Positions 9,141 through 17,699 of a stretch of 35,947 nt of DNA are shown here, in pieces. The stretch spans positions 1 to 35,947 of the forward strand of contig JAGGUB010000066.1 in assembly GCA_021158725.1 (NCBI GenBank), given 5' to 3'. The stretch comes from a candidate division WOR-3 bacterium (lineage in GTDB: Bacteria > Hydrothermota > UBA3073 > NMUJ01). The number at the start of each line of letters is the position of its first letter. The stretch's first letter is position 1. The translations under genes and the position numbers were made by a program. Under the pieces are notes generated by a model that was not told the DNA's origin, did no database searches, and was given only the letters and a program-made list of their open reading frames with translations.

Positions 9141-10072
9141 TGCCGGCCAACTTGCCACCACAATACTTTGCTGCTGAAAAGCGTTACCGTGAGGCAAAGA
9201 CACCCGAGGATAAGATCAAGGCGCTTGAGGAGATGCTCGCTATAATGCCAAAACACAAAGGTACAGACAAACTACAAGCTGCCCTCAGGGCAAAAATTGC
9301 CAAATTCCGTCGTATCATCGAAGAGCAAAAACGCACCGGTAAAGGTAGATACGCTTTTTATATTGAAAAGGAGGGCGCTGGCCAGGTGATACTTGTTGGT
9401 GCACCCAATTCCGGCAAATCGCTCATCATGAGACGGCTCACCAACACCGACACTAAAGTAGCCCCATATCCCTTTACTACTACAGGACCGGTGGTTGGCA
9501 TGATGGAGTTTGAGGATATCAAGATACAGTTGGTAGATCTACCACCGCTCACCGAATCACCGATGCCGGGACTGTTCGGCATCATACATGATAGCGATGC
9601 ATTGTTGTGGATACATGATGTGACAGATCCCAACCCCATACGTATAGAAACGGAGAAACAACAGCTACTGGCACGCAAACCCCAAGATAAGATATTGGTA
9701 GTTATCAACAAGGTTGATTTGGTGAACCCACCCTCACTCGATAGGTGGCGCTCCCTCTTGCACGACTTTAAGCTACACTTCATATCCGCACAAACCCTAC
9801 AAGGGTTGGAGGAGCTACGTCGTATGATATTCGATATCTTAGCTGTTATAAGAGTCTACACCAAAGCACCTGGCAAACCCATAGAGTACAGTGACCCGTT
9901 AATTTTACCAAAAGGTAGCACATTATTGGATGCCGCCGAAGAGATACATAAGGATTTTGCCCATAAGCTCAAATATGCACGCCTATGGCGTGGCACCTCC
10001 ATAAAGGGGCTTAGGGTTGAAAAGAATTATATACTTGAGGATCGTGACGTGGTAGAATTTCACATTAAATAG
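9140..10072 (+). CDS. OBG-superfamily GTPase with TGS domain, DRG/Rbg-like (COG1163)
   Basis: N-terminal PKHKGTDKL helix pair, G1 GAPNSGKS, G2 YPFTT, G3 DLP, G4 NKVD, TGS IRVYTK...IHKDF...LEDRDVVEFH. TGATG overlap with manC. Confidence 0.88.
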   Translation: MPANLPPQYFAAEKRYREAKTPEDKIKALEEMLAIMPKHKGTDKLQAALRAKIAKFRRIIEEQKRTGKGRYAFYIEKEGAGQVILVGAPNSGKSLIMRRLTNTDTKVAPYPFTTTGPVVGMMEFEDIKIQLVDLPPLTESPMPGLFGIIHDSDALLWIHDVTDPNPIRIETEKQQLLARKPQDKILVVINKVDLVNPPSLDRWRSLLHDFKLHFISAQTLQGLEELRRMIFDILAVIRVYTKAPGKPIEYSDPLILPKGSTLLDAAEEIHKDFAHKLKYARLWRGTSIKGLRVEKNYILEDRDVVEFHIK

Positions 10073-10095
10073 CACGCATTTACCCGCATAAAAGG

Positions 10096-10123
10096 TTGAC
10101 AATTTGTGGATAACTTTTATTTA
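10096..10123 (+). promoter_or_regulatory. Putative speD operon promoter TTGACA-N16-TATTTA with a DnaA-box match in the spacer
   Basis: TTGACA at 10096-10101, TGTGGATAA at 10105-10113, TATTTA at 10118-10123. Confidence 0.5.
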
Positions 10124-10210
10124 AATAATTCGTACAACTGGAGGGTATTTGACACGGTGAGGCGTCGAATGTCAACGGTTTTATTTTCAGCCAAAAAGGA
10201 GGTGACAAAG

Positions 10211-10609
10211 ATGAAGCGAGCCTTGGGTACCCATATATTGTTGGAGTTTTGGGGTTGTGATCCGCTCGTACTCACCAATAGTGCACGGATAAAGGAAGCA
10301 CTCGACACAGCCGCACGTGCGAGTAACGCAAAAGTGGTCACCGATTTCTATCACCAGTTCCACCCCTACGGCGTATCGGGCGTGATCATCATAGAGGAGT
10401 CACACTTCAGTATCCACACATGGCCCGAGTATGGTTATGCTGCTATCGACCTATTCTACTGTGCTGAAGAGGATATCGACATCGACACCGCTATTGAGGT
10501 GCTACGTAGCCACCTGAAACCCACCCGTATCAACGTTATCGAGCTGAAGCGCGGCCTGCTGGTTGATACGTCGGTCACAACAGAGGAGGTTCATGGAAGA
10601 CGACTCTAA
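10211..10609 (+). CDS. speD: S-adenosylmethionine decarboxylase proenzyme (pyruvoyl-dependent, SpeH/class 1B type)
   Basis: LGTHILLEFWGCD, GVSGVIIIEESHFSIHTWPEYGYAAIDLFYC with the E/S cleavage site. SD AAGGAGGTGA before ATG 10211. Confidence 0.92.
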   Translation: MKRALGTHILLEFWGCDPLVLTNSARIKEALDTAARASNAKVVTDFYHQFHPYGVSGVIIIEESHFSIHTWPEYGYAAIDLFYCAEEDIDIDTAIEVLRSHLKPTRINVIELKRGLLVDTSVTTEEVHGRRL

Positions 10610-11510
10610 CAGTCTCTGGTACGAGGAACGCTTTACGGAAAGTTTACGTTACATGTGTAGGGTAGATACATACATTTTTTCACATAAGAGTAGATGGCAA
10701 AAAATTGAAATCTTACATACAAAAGTTTGGGGCAAAGTACTTTTCCTTGATGGCAAAATACAATCCGCACAAATTGATGAATTCATATTCCATGAAGCTC
10801 TCGTCCATACACCAATGTTTGTACACCCAGCACCACACAAGGTGCTGGTAATAGGTGGTGGCGAAGGTGCCGACCTACGTGAAATCCTGCGCCATAACAC
10901 TGTTGACAAAGTCGTGATGGTAGACATAGACGGTGAACTCGTAGATGCATGCAAGAAGTATCTACCTGAATGGTCATGTGGTGCATTCGACGACCCGCGT
11001 GTCGAGCTCCACATAGACGACGGTAGGGATTGGCTCACCCGTTGCGAGGACAAATTTGACATCGTGATTATCGATCTCACAGAGCCGCTCGAGGGTGGGC
11101 CATCACTTAAGCTTTTCACACGCGAATTTTATGAGTTGGTCAAATCCTCCCTAACCCCCGAAGGTGTAATAAGTGTACAATCAGGGTCAGCTGCACCCTC
11201 ACACTGTCGATTTTTCTCCTCCGTATATAAAACATTACGTGCAGTCTTCCCCATAGTGAGCCCTTACTGGGCGTACATATACACGTTTCAGATGCCGTGG
11301 GGGTTCAACCTCGCAACCCTAACCCTTGACCCGCTTGTGGATACCACCACCTTAGAGAGACGTCAAACCGAACGCCAAGTTACTGGTTTACGATATTACT
11401 CACCGCACCTCCACAGAGCTATGTTCACATTACCTGTCTACCTTCAAAAAGCGCTCACCGAAGATGGTTATGTTATTGAAGATAACACACCATATGTATG
11501 GGAGGCATAA
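10593..11510 (+). CDS. speE: Polyamine aminopropyltransferase
   Basis: LFLDGKIQS, DEFIFHEALVH, VLVIGGGEG, MVDID, IIDLTEP, LFTREFY. SD GGAGGT before ATG 10593. Confidence 0.93.
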   Translation: MEDDSNSLWYEERFTESLRYMCRVDTYIFSHKSRWQKIEILHTKVWGKVLFLDGKIQSAQIDEFIFHEALVHTPMFVHPAPHKVLVIGGGEGADLREILRHNTVDKVVMVDIDGELVDACKKYLPEWSCGAFDDPRVELHIDDGRDWLTRCEDKFDIVIIDLTEPLEGGPSLKLFTREFYELVKSSLTPEGVISVQSGSAAPSHCRFFSSVYKTLRAVFPIVSPYWAYIYTFQMPWGFNLATLTLDPLVDTTTLERRQTERQVTGLRYYSPHLHRAMFTLPVYLQKALTEDGYVIEDNTPYVWEA

Positions 11511-12832
11511 TGGGCCGTAAACGTGTCATCATCATGGGAGCTGCAGGTAGAGATTTCCACAACTTCAATGTACTCTTTCGTGACAATCCCACCTACGAAG
11601 TGGTCGCATTTACGGCTACTCAGATACCAAACATCGAAAATAGAATCTATCCACCTGAATTAGCTGGTAAGCTCTATCCCAACGGTATCCCCATCTATCC
11701 AGAAGACGAACTCCCTACACTTATAAAGAAACACCACATAGATATCGTCGTCTTCTCCTACAGCGACGTATCGCACCAATACGTAATGGAACGTGCCTCT
11801 AAGGTGTTAGCTGCAGGTGCCAACTTCATGCTTTTAGGCCCACAGGATACCATGTTGAAGTCACGCTTACCTGTAATCTCCATAACTGCCACCCGTACAG
11901 GCTCAGGTAAGAGCCAAACCACCCGTAAGGTTGCCAAGCTACTGAAATCGCATGGCAAAAACGTTGTCATCGTACGCCACCCCATGCCCTACGGTGACCT
12001 ACGTAAGCAGATTACGCAGAGGTTTGCATCTCTCGACGATCTCGATCGCCACAACTGCACCATAGAGGAACGTGAGGAATACGAACCCCATATCAACAAC
12101 GGTATCGTAGTTTATGCAGGTGTCGATTATGAACAGATCCTACGTGAAGCCGAATCCGAAGCCGACATCATAATATGGGATGGCGGTAACAATGACTTAC
12201 CGTTTTTCAAACCCGACCTATCAATCGTAGTAACTGATCCACATCGCCCCGGTAACGAAACCTCTTACTATCCCGGGCTTGTCAACCTACTCCTTGCGGA
12301 TGTGGTTATAGTCAACAAAATCGATTCCGCCAAATGGTCAGACATCCAAACCGTACTCGTAAACATCAAGAAGTACAACCCCCATGCCACCATCATAGAG
12401 GCAGCCTCCCCGATATTTGTCGAGCACCCCGATCGCATAAATGGTAAAGCTGTGTTAGTAGTAGAAGATGGCCCCACACTCACTCATGGTGAGATGCCCT
12501 ATGGAGCAGGCATCATAGCTGCACAGAAGTATGGTGCCAGAGAGATCATCGACCCACGTCCATATGCAAAAGGTAGCATCAAACAAACATTCGCCAAATA
12601 TCCACATATTGGATCATTACTACCAGCCATGGGTTACAGTGAGACACAGATAAAAGAGCTTGCTACCACGATAAACAGCATCCCTTACGAAACATTAATA
12701 ATAGCTACCCCAATAGACTTGCGGCGGTTGATCTCTATCGATAAACCCAGCTGTCGTGTAAAGTACGAACTCGAAGAGATAGGCTCCCCCAAGCTTGACG
12801 ACGTATTACGTCCATTTTATGCTCAACCTTGA
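11510..12832 (+). CDS. COG2403 P-loop ATPase (cyclic 2,3-diphosphoglycerate synthetase / arginine synthetase ArcE-like family)
   Basis: GAAGRDFHNFN, P-loop RTGSGKS, RHPMPYGDL, EEREEYE, WDGGNND, EDGPTLTHG. SD GGAGG and TAATG coupling to speE. Confidence 0.8.
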   Translation: MGRKRVIIMGAAGRDFHNFNVLFRDNPTYEVVAFTATQIPNIENRIYPPELAGKLYPNGIPIYPEDELPTLIKKHHIDIVVFSYSDVSHQYVMERASKVLAAGANFMLLGPQDTMLKSRLPVISITATRTGSGKSQTTRKVAKLLKSHGKNVVIVRHPMPYGDLRKQITQRFASLDDLDRHNCTIEEREEYEPHINNGIVVYAGVDYEQILREAESEADIIIWDGGNNDLPFFKPDLSIVVTDPHRPGNETSYYPGLVNLLLADVVIVNKIDSAKWSDIQTVLVNIKKYNPHATIIEAASPIFVEHPDRINGKAVLVVEDGPTLTHGEMPYGAGIIAAQKYGAREIIDPRPYAKGSIKQTFAKYPHIGSLLPAMGYSETQIKELATTINSIPYETLIIATPIDLRRLISIDKPSCRVKYELEEIGSPKLDDVLRPFYAQP

Positions 12833-13460
12833 TAGAGCTGTAGAAATACAGCGCCGTCTACGTACGAAGGTAATCCTACAGCCACCCCATGTACCTATAA
12901 ACCTGATCGGTGCATGTGACGTAAGCTTCAAATCCCAGTTTGGGGTAGCTGTTTGTGCCACATTCAATCTACACGATCTTACGCTGGTTGAAACCGCACA
13001 TCACACCATGCCAACATATATACCCTATGTGCCGGGGTTGCTCAGCTTTCGTGAGCTACCCTTCATCATACGTACATTACTGAAGTTACAAAGGATGCCC
13101 GACCTCCTATTAGTAGATGGTCACGGTATCGCACACCCCAGAAGGTTTGGACTCGCCTCCCATGTAGGTGTTGTGCTGAATATACCCAGCATAGGGTGTG
13201 CCAAGTCCTGTCTCATAGGTGAGTACAATCCACCCAACCCCACTCGTGGCGCTTATAGCTGGCTATACGATGACGGTGAAAAGATCGGTCTCGTCATCCG
13301 TACCGCTACTAATGTCAACCCCATATTTGTATCACCCGGCCATAAAGTTGACTTCACCACCGCATATAAGTTTATCTTACGTACAACCAAACACCGTATA
13401 CCGGAACCTCTCCGCTATGTGGATATAGCCAGCAGAAACTTAGCTACAAAATCAATTTGA
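12819..13460 (+). CDS. nfi: Endonuclease V (deoxyinosine 3' endonuclease)
   Basis: GACDVSF, PYVPGLLSFRE, VDGHGIAHPRRFGLASHVG, IGCAKS, VSPGH, RIPEPLR. Confidence 0.95.
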   Translation: MLNLDRAVEIQRRLRTKVILQPPHVPINLIGACDVSFKSQFGVAVCATFNLHDLTLVETAHHTMPTYIPYVPGLLSFRELPFIIRTLLKLQRMPDLLLVDGHGIAHPRRFGLASHVGVVLNIPSIGCAKSCLIGEYNPPNPTRGAYSWLYDDGEKIGLVIRTATNVNPIFVSPGHKVDFTTAYKFILRTTKHRIPEPLRYVDIASRNLATKSI

Positions 13461-14060
13461 TCTATGCCCTATTTTGGGTTCCTCACCCTTGACCAATCGC
13501 TTGATGTTCGGTATATGCCTACATATCACAAACACTGCACCAAATATTGCCAACACCAGCACCGACGTAAGTTCACGTTGCGTCAGAAACAGAACTATCG
13601 GCATACTTACAGCAGCTATCATCGATGCCACCGATACTATACGTACGGCAGCTAATACGGCCACCCATACACCAAACGCAATACCTGCAGCTATTGGGGC
13701 TAACGGTATAAACACACCTAACCCAGTTGCCACCCCCCTACCACCACGCAACTTCAGATATATAGGGAAAGCGTGCCCCACGATCGCACCTGCACCCGTA
13801 CAACATGCTATTATAGGTTCGTGCGTCCATCGTAACATCAACCACACCGGTAACCCACCCTTTGCCACATCTAACAGAAAAGCCATCACCCCCCACCTGA
13901 AGCCTGCCACCCGCATGACGTTTGTCGCCCCTATGTTACCGCTACCATATTTACGTACATCAACCCCTTTGATAGCATACACGAGTATAAACCCAAACGG
14001 TATGCCACCTATAAAATAACCCAACAAGAACGGCGCTACCACAAATTTTAAGGCTTCCAT
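13452..14060 (-). CDS. plsY: Acyl-phosphate:glycerol-3-phosphate acyltransferase (copy 1, all motifs intact)
   Basis: GSGNIGATNVMR, DVAKG, GHAFPI, GGRGVAT, RHIPNIKRLVKGEE. SD AGGAGGT. Confidence 0.94.
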   Translation of the reverse strand: MEALKFVVAPFLLGYFIGGIPFGFILVYAIKGVDVRKYGSGNIGATNVMRVAGFRWGVMAFLLDVAKGGLPVWLMLRWTHEPIIACCTGAGAIVGHAFPIYLKLRGGRGVATGLGVFIPLAPIAAGIAFGVWVAVLAAVRIVSVASMIAAVSMPIVLFLTQRELTSVLVLAIFGAVFVICRHIPNIKRLVKGEEPKIGHRSN

Positions 14061-17000
14061 TTACCTCCCTTTCCATAAATCATGAGCTCCAACTTCTTAT
14101 AACCACGTTTGGCAGGTTTGGCAACCTCAAATCTATACTCATCCTCTACATCGGTATCTATGTATGAATTGCCATCCCTTATAACCACTCGGTAGGGGAA
14201 ACCATGTGACCGCCACCTAAGGGTGACAACCGAATCTCTTGTGTTCACATTGACATACAGTGGATACACTACTGGGACGGTTTCAACATTCACTATCGCA
14301 TATTTATCAGACGCAAACCCCACATCCAGTATCGGTACAAACATATATACGTAATCGATAGATGTATCGGGTTCGGGCGGCTTAGGGTACGACTCACCAT
14401 CCACCACTATGTATAATGCACTATCTACCATATCACCAACCCTGGCATAGAACTGTAGTGCGGGGCTGACCTCAACCCTATCCTTCCCAGTAGCGTGTTT
14501 AGGGTATATCCTCAACAATGGAAACCCATACGCATAATATCCCACTGCGTATGCCTTCACCCAATACGCGATATATGGTTGCATGATAATCCTAATATGG
14601 TAAGCTCCATTGTAAAATTCCCATAGAATAGGTTCGATCCATCCCATATCTTTAGCTTCCTGCAATGTAGCATAACGTAGTGGTTGCCCCCATACACGCC
14701 AGATAACTTTTACGGTTTGCCAATCCACCGGCCACTCGTACGGGTTACCGATAAGGTTCCACCCATCCACCAGATTAACCGTATATGGTACATCTTTTAC
14801 GGTATGCCCCTTTATAACGATATCTACGGTATCCTTGATGAGATACCCACACCCTGGCTCTACCCTATTGGTTGGCTTGAACCCATCTGCTTCCCATCTG
14901 TATAACCTTAAGTTGCACGTATCGAGTTGCCCAGGCTCCGGATAGATTGGCAATGATATCAACTTATACCCCTGCGAAGTTATCTCCACCTTATATGGCA
15001 TCCGTATAAGTAATGGCGGTAACTTCTCGGCTATCTTAACATGTTCGGTCCAACTCGTCTCCGGCCCACATATCGCATATACTTTGTAATCCCCTCTTGG
15101 TAAATTATACTGAAAATATCCATCACCATCGGTAGCCACCGTATCTACTGGGTGGTTGGTTGCTATATCTATGAAATAGACAGTTGCCTGTACTCCATTA
15201 TCCCAACCACCTTTCACCACCCTACCCTTACCCCACGGCCTCTCTAATGTAACAAATGGGTCACCGAACATACTCAACCCCCATATCAACGTCGGTATTG
15301 TTATATCTGTCCACCTATGGTGTAAAGCTTTAGGGTTGACCACCTCCACCTTATAAGCCCAATAAGCTTCACCAAACGTATATCCCTTGCACATACCCCT
15401 GTACATGAGCTCATGTTCATCAGTCCCTACACTTCTTGTTGCTGCAAGTACAGCCACCGTCATGGGGTTACCAAACATGTACGCTGCTGGTAGATAATAC
15501 TCATCACCCGTTTCTGTAAAATCACCCGCATGACATCCCCATATAAACAGTATCAGCGGTCCATAAGGTACCTCAGCTATCTTCCATGTGTAAACTTCAC
15601 GATACGGCCCCTTATCATACTGGTGGAACAATGCACACGCATGTGTCCATATTTCGACGATATCCCATCCCTTACGTAACATATCAAGATAATGTGCACC
15701 ATAACCCAACCAGAACCTGTTACCATAGGATTCGACCCCCTCTGCTCCGTAGATAGATGTGAGCACTTTACCTACGATAGGGGTAGCACCCCCAAAATCG
15801 TTATGACAGTGTACCAACCCCCTATACGGGGCTATCAACTTACCCGCATGTAGTTTGTGCACCTTTTCGAAGAAATACTTGAGGTCATCCACCCCCTTCG
15901 GTGAACGAATCCAGCTCACCCATATCTGAGGGTAACAATCTTCCCCCCATATGTATTTATCAAGGTACCCATCACCACTTGTATCGTAGAATTCACCCTC
16001 AAGGTTCTCGTAATACAGTGAAATCAAATATCTATCACCCCACGGTGCTGCCCACATCGGTACAGGTAGGTTACCAACAAGTATCGCACCGGTTATTGAA
16101 TCGCTTCGGTATAGGCTTTTCAGATACTCACGTAACTCCTCAGGTGTGTACCAACTCTCTGCATGTATGGTGATATCTATCGGTAGCTTTGCCTCAACAT
16201 CCTCTTTGTATTGTTCAATGTATGGTTTCAACTCCGGGTATATATCATAGGGGAGTATCAATGCGACTCGCTCCATAAGCGTATCACCAGGGGTACCAAA
16301 CCGCTTCACCAACATACTATCAAAATACAGATATGGAGTAGGCATGTAACTTTCCGTAAACGGTTCGTTCTTTATTGGATGGGGTTGCACTTCTATCTCC
16401 AGTTCATGCCTGGGGAACGATATCTGCTGCTTATGTTTGATGTACAGTTTCAACTGATATTTACCCGGTACGTTCGGTGTCCGTAACACCAAAACCGTAT
16501 CCAACGTATCACCAACCGCTACATTGGTAAGCGGCCACCTAACCTCGCATAGTTTACCATTACGTTCGTACCATTCACCAACAATCGTCACGTTGGAGTG
16601 CCATCCCTTATTACCGTAGTTCACTACTTTTACCTTCAAGCTATCCTCCATACCTATCTGCATCGATCTGGGGTAATACACAATATCGAGCCACCCTTCA
16701 TAATCCTTTGTACTGGATGTAAACTTATACACGTAACCATCGTCCGCCGATACGTATATAGCAGTACCGTCGGTTATCACTCTACCATTCACCGGCTTAC
16801 CTATATCATAAGCCCAGATTGAATCACCCGCTTCCGCATCCACCACGTATAGCTTGCCATCCATCGACCCAAAGCATACCACATCATTGTACAGCAATGG
16901 GTATGACTTAACGAGTTCACCCGTCCTATATCGCCATACTATTTCACCATCTTCTGTACTGATCGCATATAAGCTGCTATCAGCTACCACATACACCAGA

Positions 17001-17683
17001 TTGTCGGTCACCACCGGTGGCGCATTTATCAACGCACCCAAATCTCTCACCCATACGAGATCACCCTCAACCGTCAGCACATACAATTTGTCCGACCCTA
17101 TGAATATTTTATCTTTGTAAACCACCGGCGAATTATCCACCTTATACCCCATATCGTATTCCCATAGGGGGTCACCCCTGTAATTATAAGCATAAAGTAT
17201 ACCATCAGTCGCACCTACAACTATTATCGTGTCATAAACTGCTGGTGTGGTATAGACCAACCCACGTGTTTTACGACGCCATAATAACTTACCATTATGG
17301 TTGAGCACAAATATACCAAGCTGATCCGCCACCAATATATTGCCATCCGGTAGCAGCTGTGGTATTGCACTTAACTCCCATCCCGTTTTGTATATCCAGA
17401 CCACAGTATCATTACGGAATGCGTAGACATTACCATCAAATGCTGTAGCAATAAATCGATCTCCAAGAAACAATGTCCCGTTGAACGCCTCATACCACCT
17501 ATCACCGAGCTTAAACTGCCACAGTATATTGCCAGTCTTTGCATCAACTCGTGTCAGGTTATGCCCATAGATGTACAGGTAAGGCTCATTATACTGGATA
17601 GCGAACGACCATGCATCCTTCTCCGATTTCACTTTCCAAACAGGATGCCATGCCATCATCAACACCAACAGAATACACATCAT
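14048..17683 (-). CDS. Large secreted protein: PQQ/BamB-type beta-propeller + Ig-like domain + C25 (gingipain-like) peptidase + beta-sandwich domains
   Basis: Repeated G..LW/W.Y.TG blades at about 16700-17640. C25 hallmarks GAILVGNLP, YYENLEG, PQIWVSWI, WTHA (His), WGCHAGDF (Cys), GEAY and FGDP at about 15250-16275. C-terminal GWNLIGNPY motif. Start uncertain (17683, 17680 or 17713). Confidence 0.75.
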   Translation of the reverse strand: MMCILLVLMMAWHPVWKVKSEKDAWSFAIQYNEPYLYIYGHNLTRVDAKTGNILWQFKLGDRWYEAFNGTLFLGDRFIATAFDGNVYAFRNDTVVWIYKTGWELSAIPQLLPDGNILVADQLGIFVLNHNGKLLWRRKTRGLVYTTPAVYDTIIVVGATDGILYAYNYRGDPLWEYDMGYKVDNSPVVYKDKIFIGSDKLYVLTVEGDLVWVRDLGALINAPPVVTDNLVYVVADSSLYAISTEDGEIVWRYRTGELVKSYPLLYNDVVCFGSMDGKLYVVDAEAGDSIWAYDIGKPVNGRVITDGTAIYVSADDGYVYKFTSSTKDYEGWLDIVYYPRSMQIGMEDSLKVKVVNYGNKGWHSNVTIVGEWYERNGKLCEVRWPLTNVAVGDTLDTVLVLRTPNVPGKYQLKLYIKHKQQISFPRHELEIEVQPHPIKNEPFTESYMPTPYLYFDSMLVKRFGTPGDTLMERVALILPYDIYPELKPYIEQYKEDVEAKLPIDITIHAESWYTPEELREYLKSLYRSDSITGAILVGNLPVPMWAAPWGDRYLISLYYENLEGEFYDTSGDGYLDKYIWGEDCYPQIWVSWIRSPKGVDDLKYFFEKVHKLHAGKLIAPYRGLVHCHNDFGGATPIVGKVLTSIYGAEGVESYGNRFWLGYGAHYLDMLRKGWDIVEIWTHACALFHQYDKGPYREVYTWKIAEVPYGPLILFIWGCHAGDFTETGDEYYLPAAYMFGNPMTVAVLAATRSVGTDEHELMYRGMCKGYTFGEAYWAYKVEVVNPKALHHRWTDITIPTLIWGLSMFGDPFVTLERPWGKGRVVKGGWDNGVQATVYFIDIATNHPVDTVATDGDGYFQYNLPRGDYKVYAICGPETSWTEHVKIAEKLPPLLIRMPYKVEITSQGYKLISLPIYPEPGQLDTCNLRLYRWEADGFKPTNRVEPGCGYLIKDTVDIVIKGHTVKDVPYTVNLVDGWNLIGNPYEWPVDWQTVKVIWRVWGQPLRYATLQEAKDMGWIEPILWEFYNGAYHIRIIMQPYIAYWVKAYAVGYYAYGFPLLRIYPKHATGKDRVEVSPALQFYARVGDMVDSALYIVVDGESYPKPPEPDTSIDYVYMFVPILDVGFASDKYAIVNVETVPVVYPLYVNVNTRDSVVTLRWRSHGFPYRVVIRDGNSYIDTDVEDEYRFEVAKPAKRGYKKLELMIYGKGGKWKP

Positions 17684-17699
17684 CCCCCCTGCTACTGGG

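Noticed and set aside
10106-10210. 35-aa N-terminal extension of SpeD from GTG 10106
   Set aside because: It starts inside the putative promoter. A strong SD supports ATG 10211.
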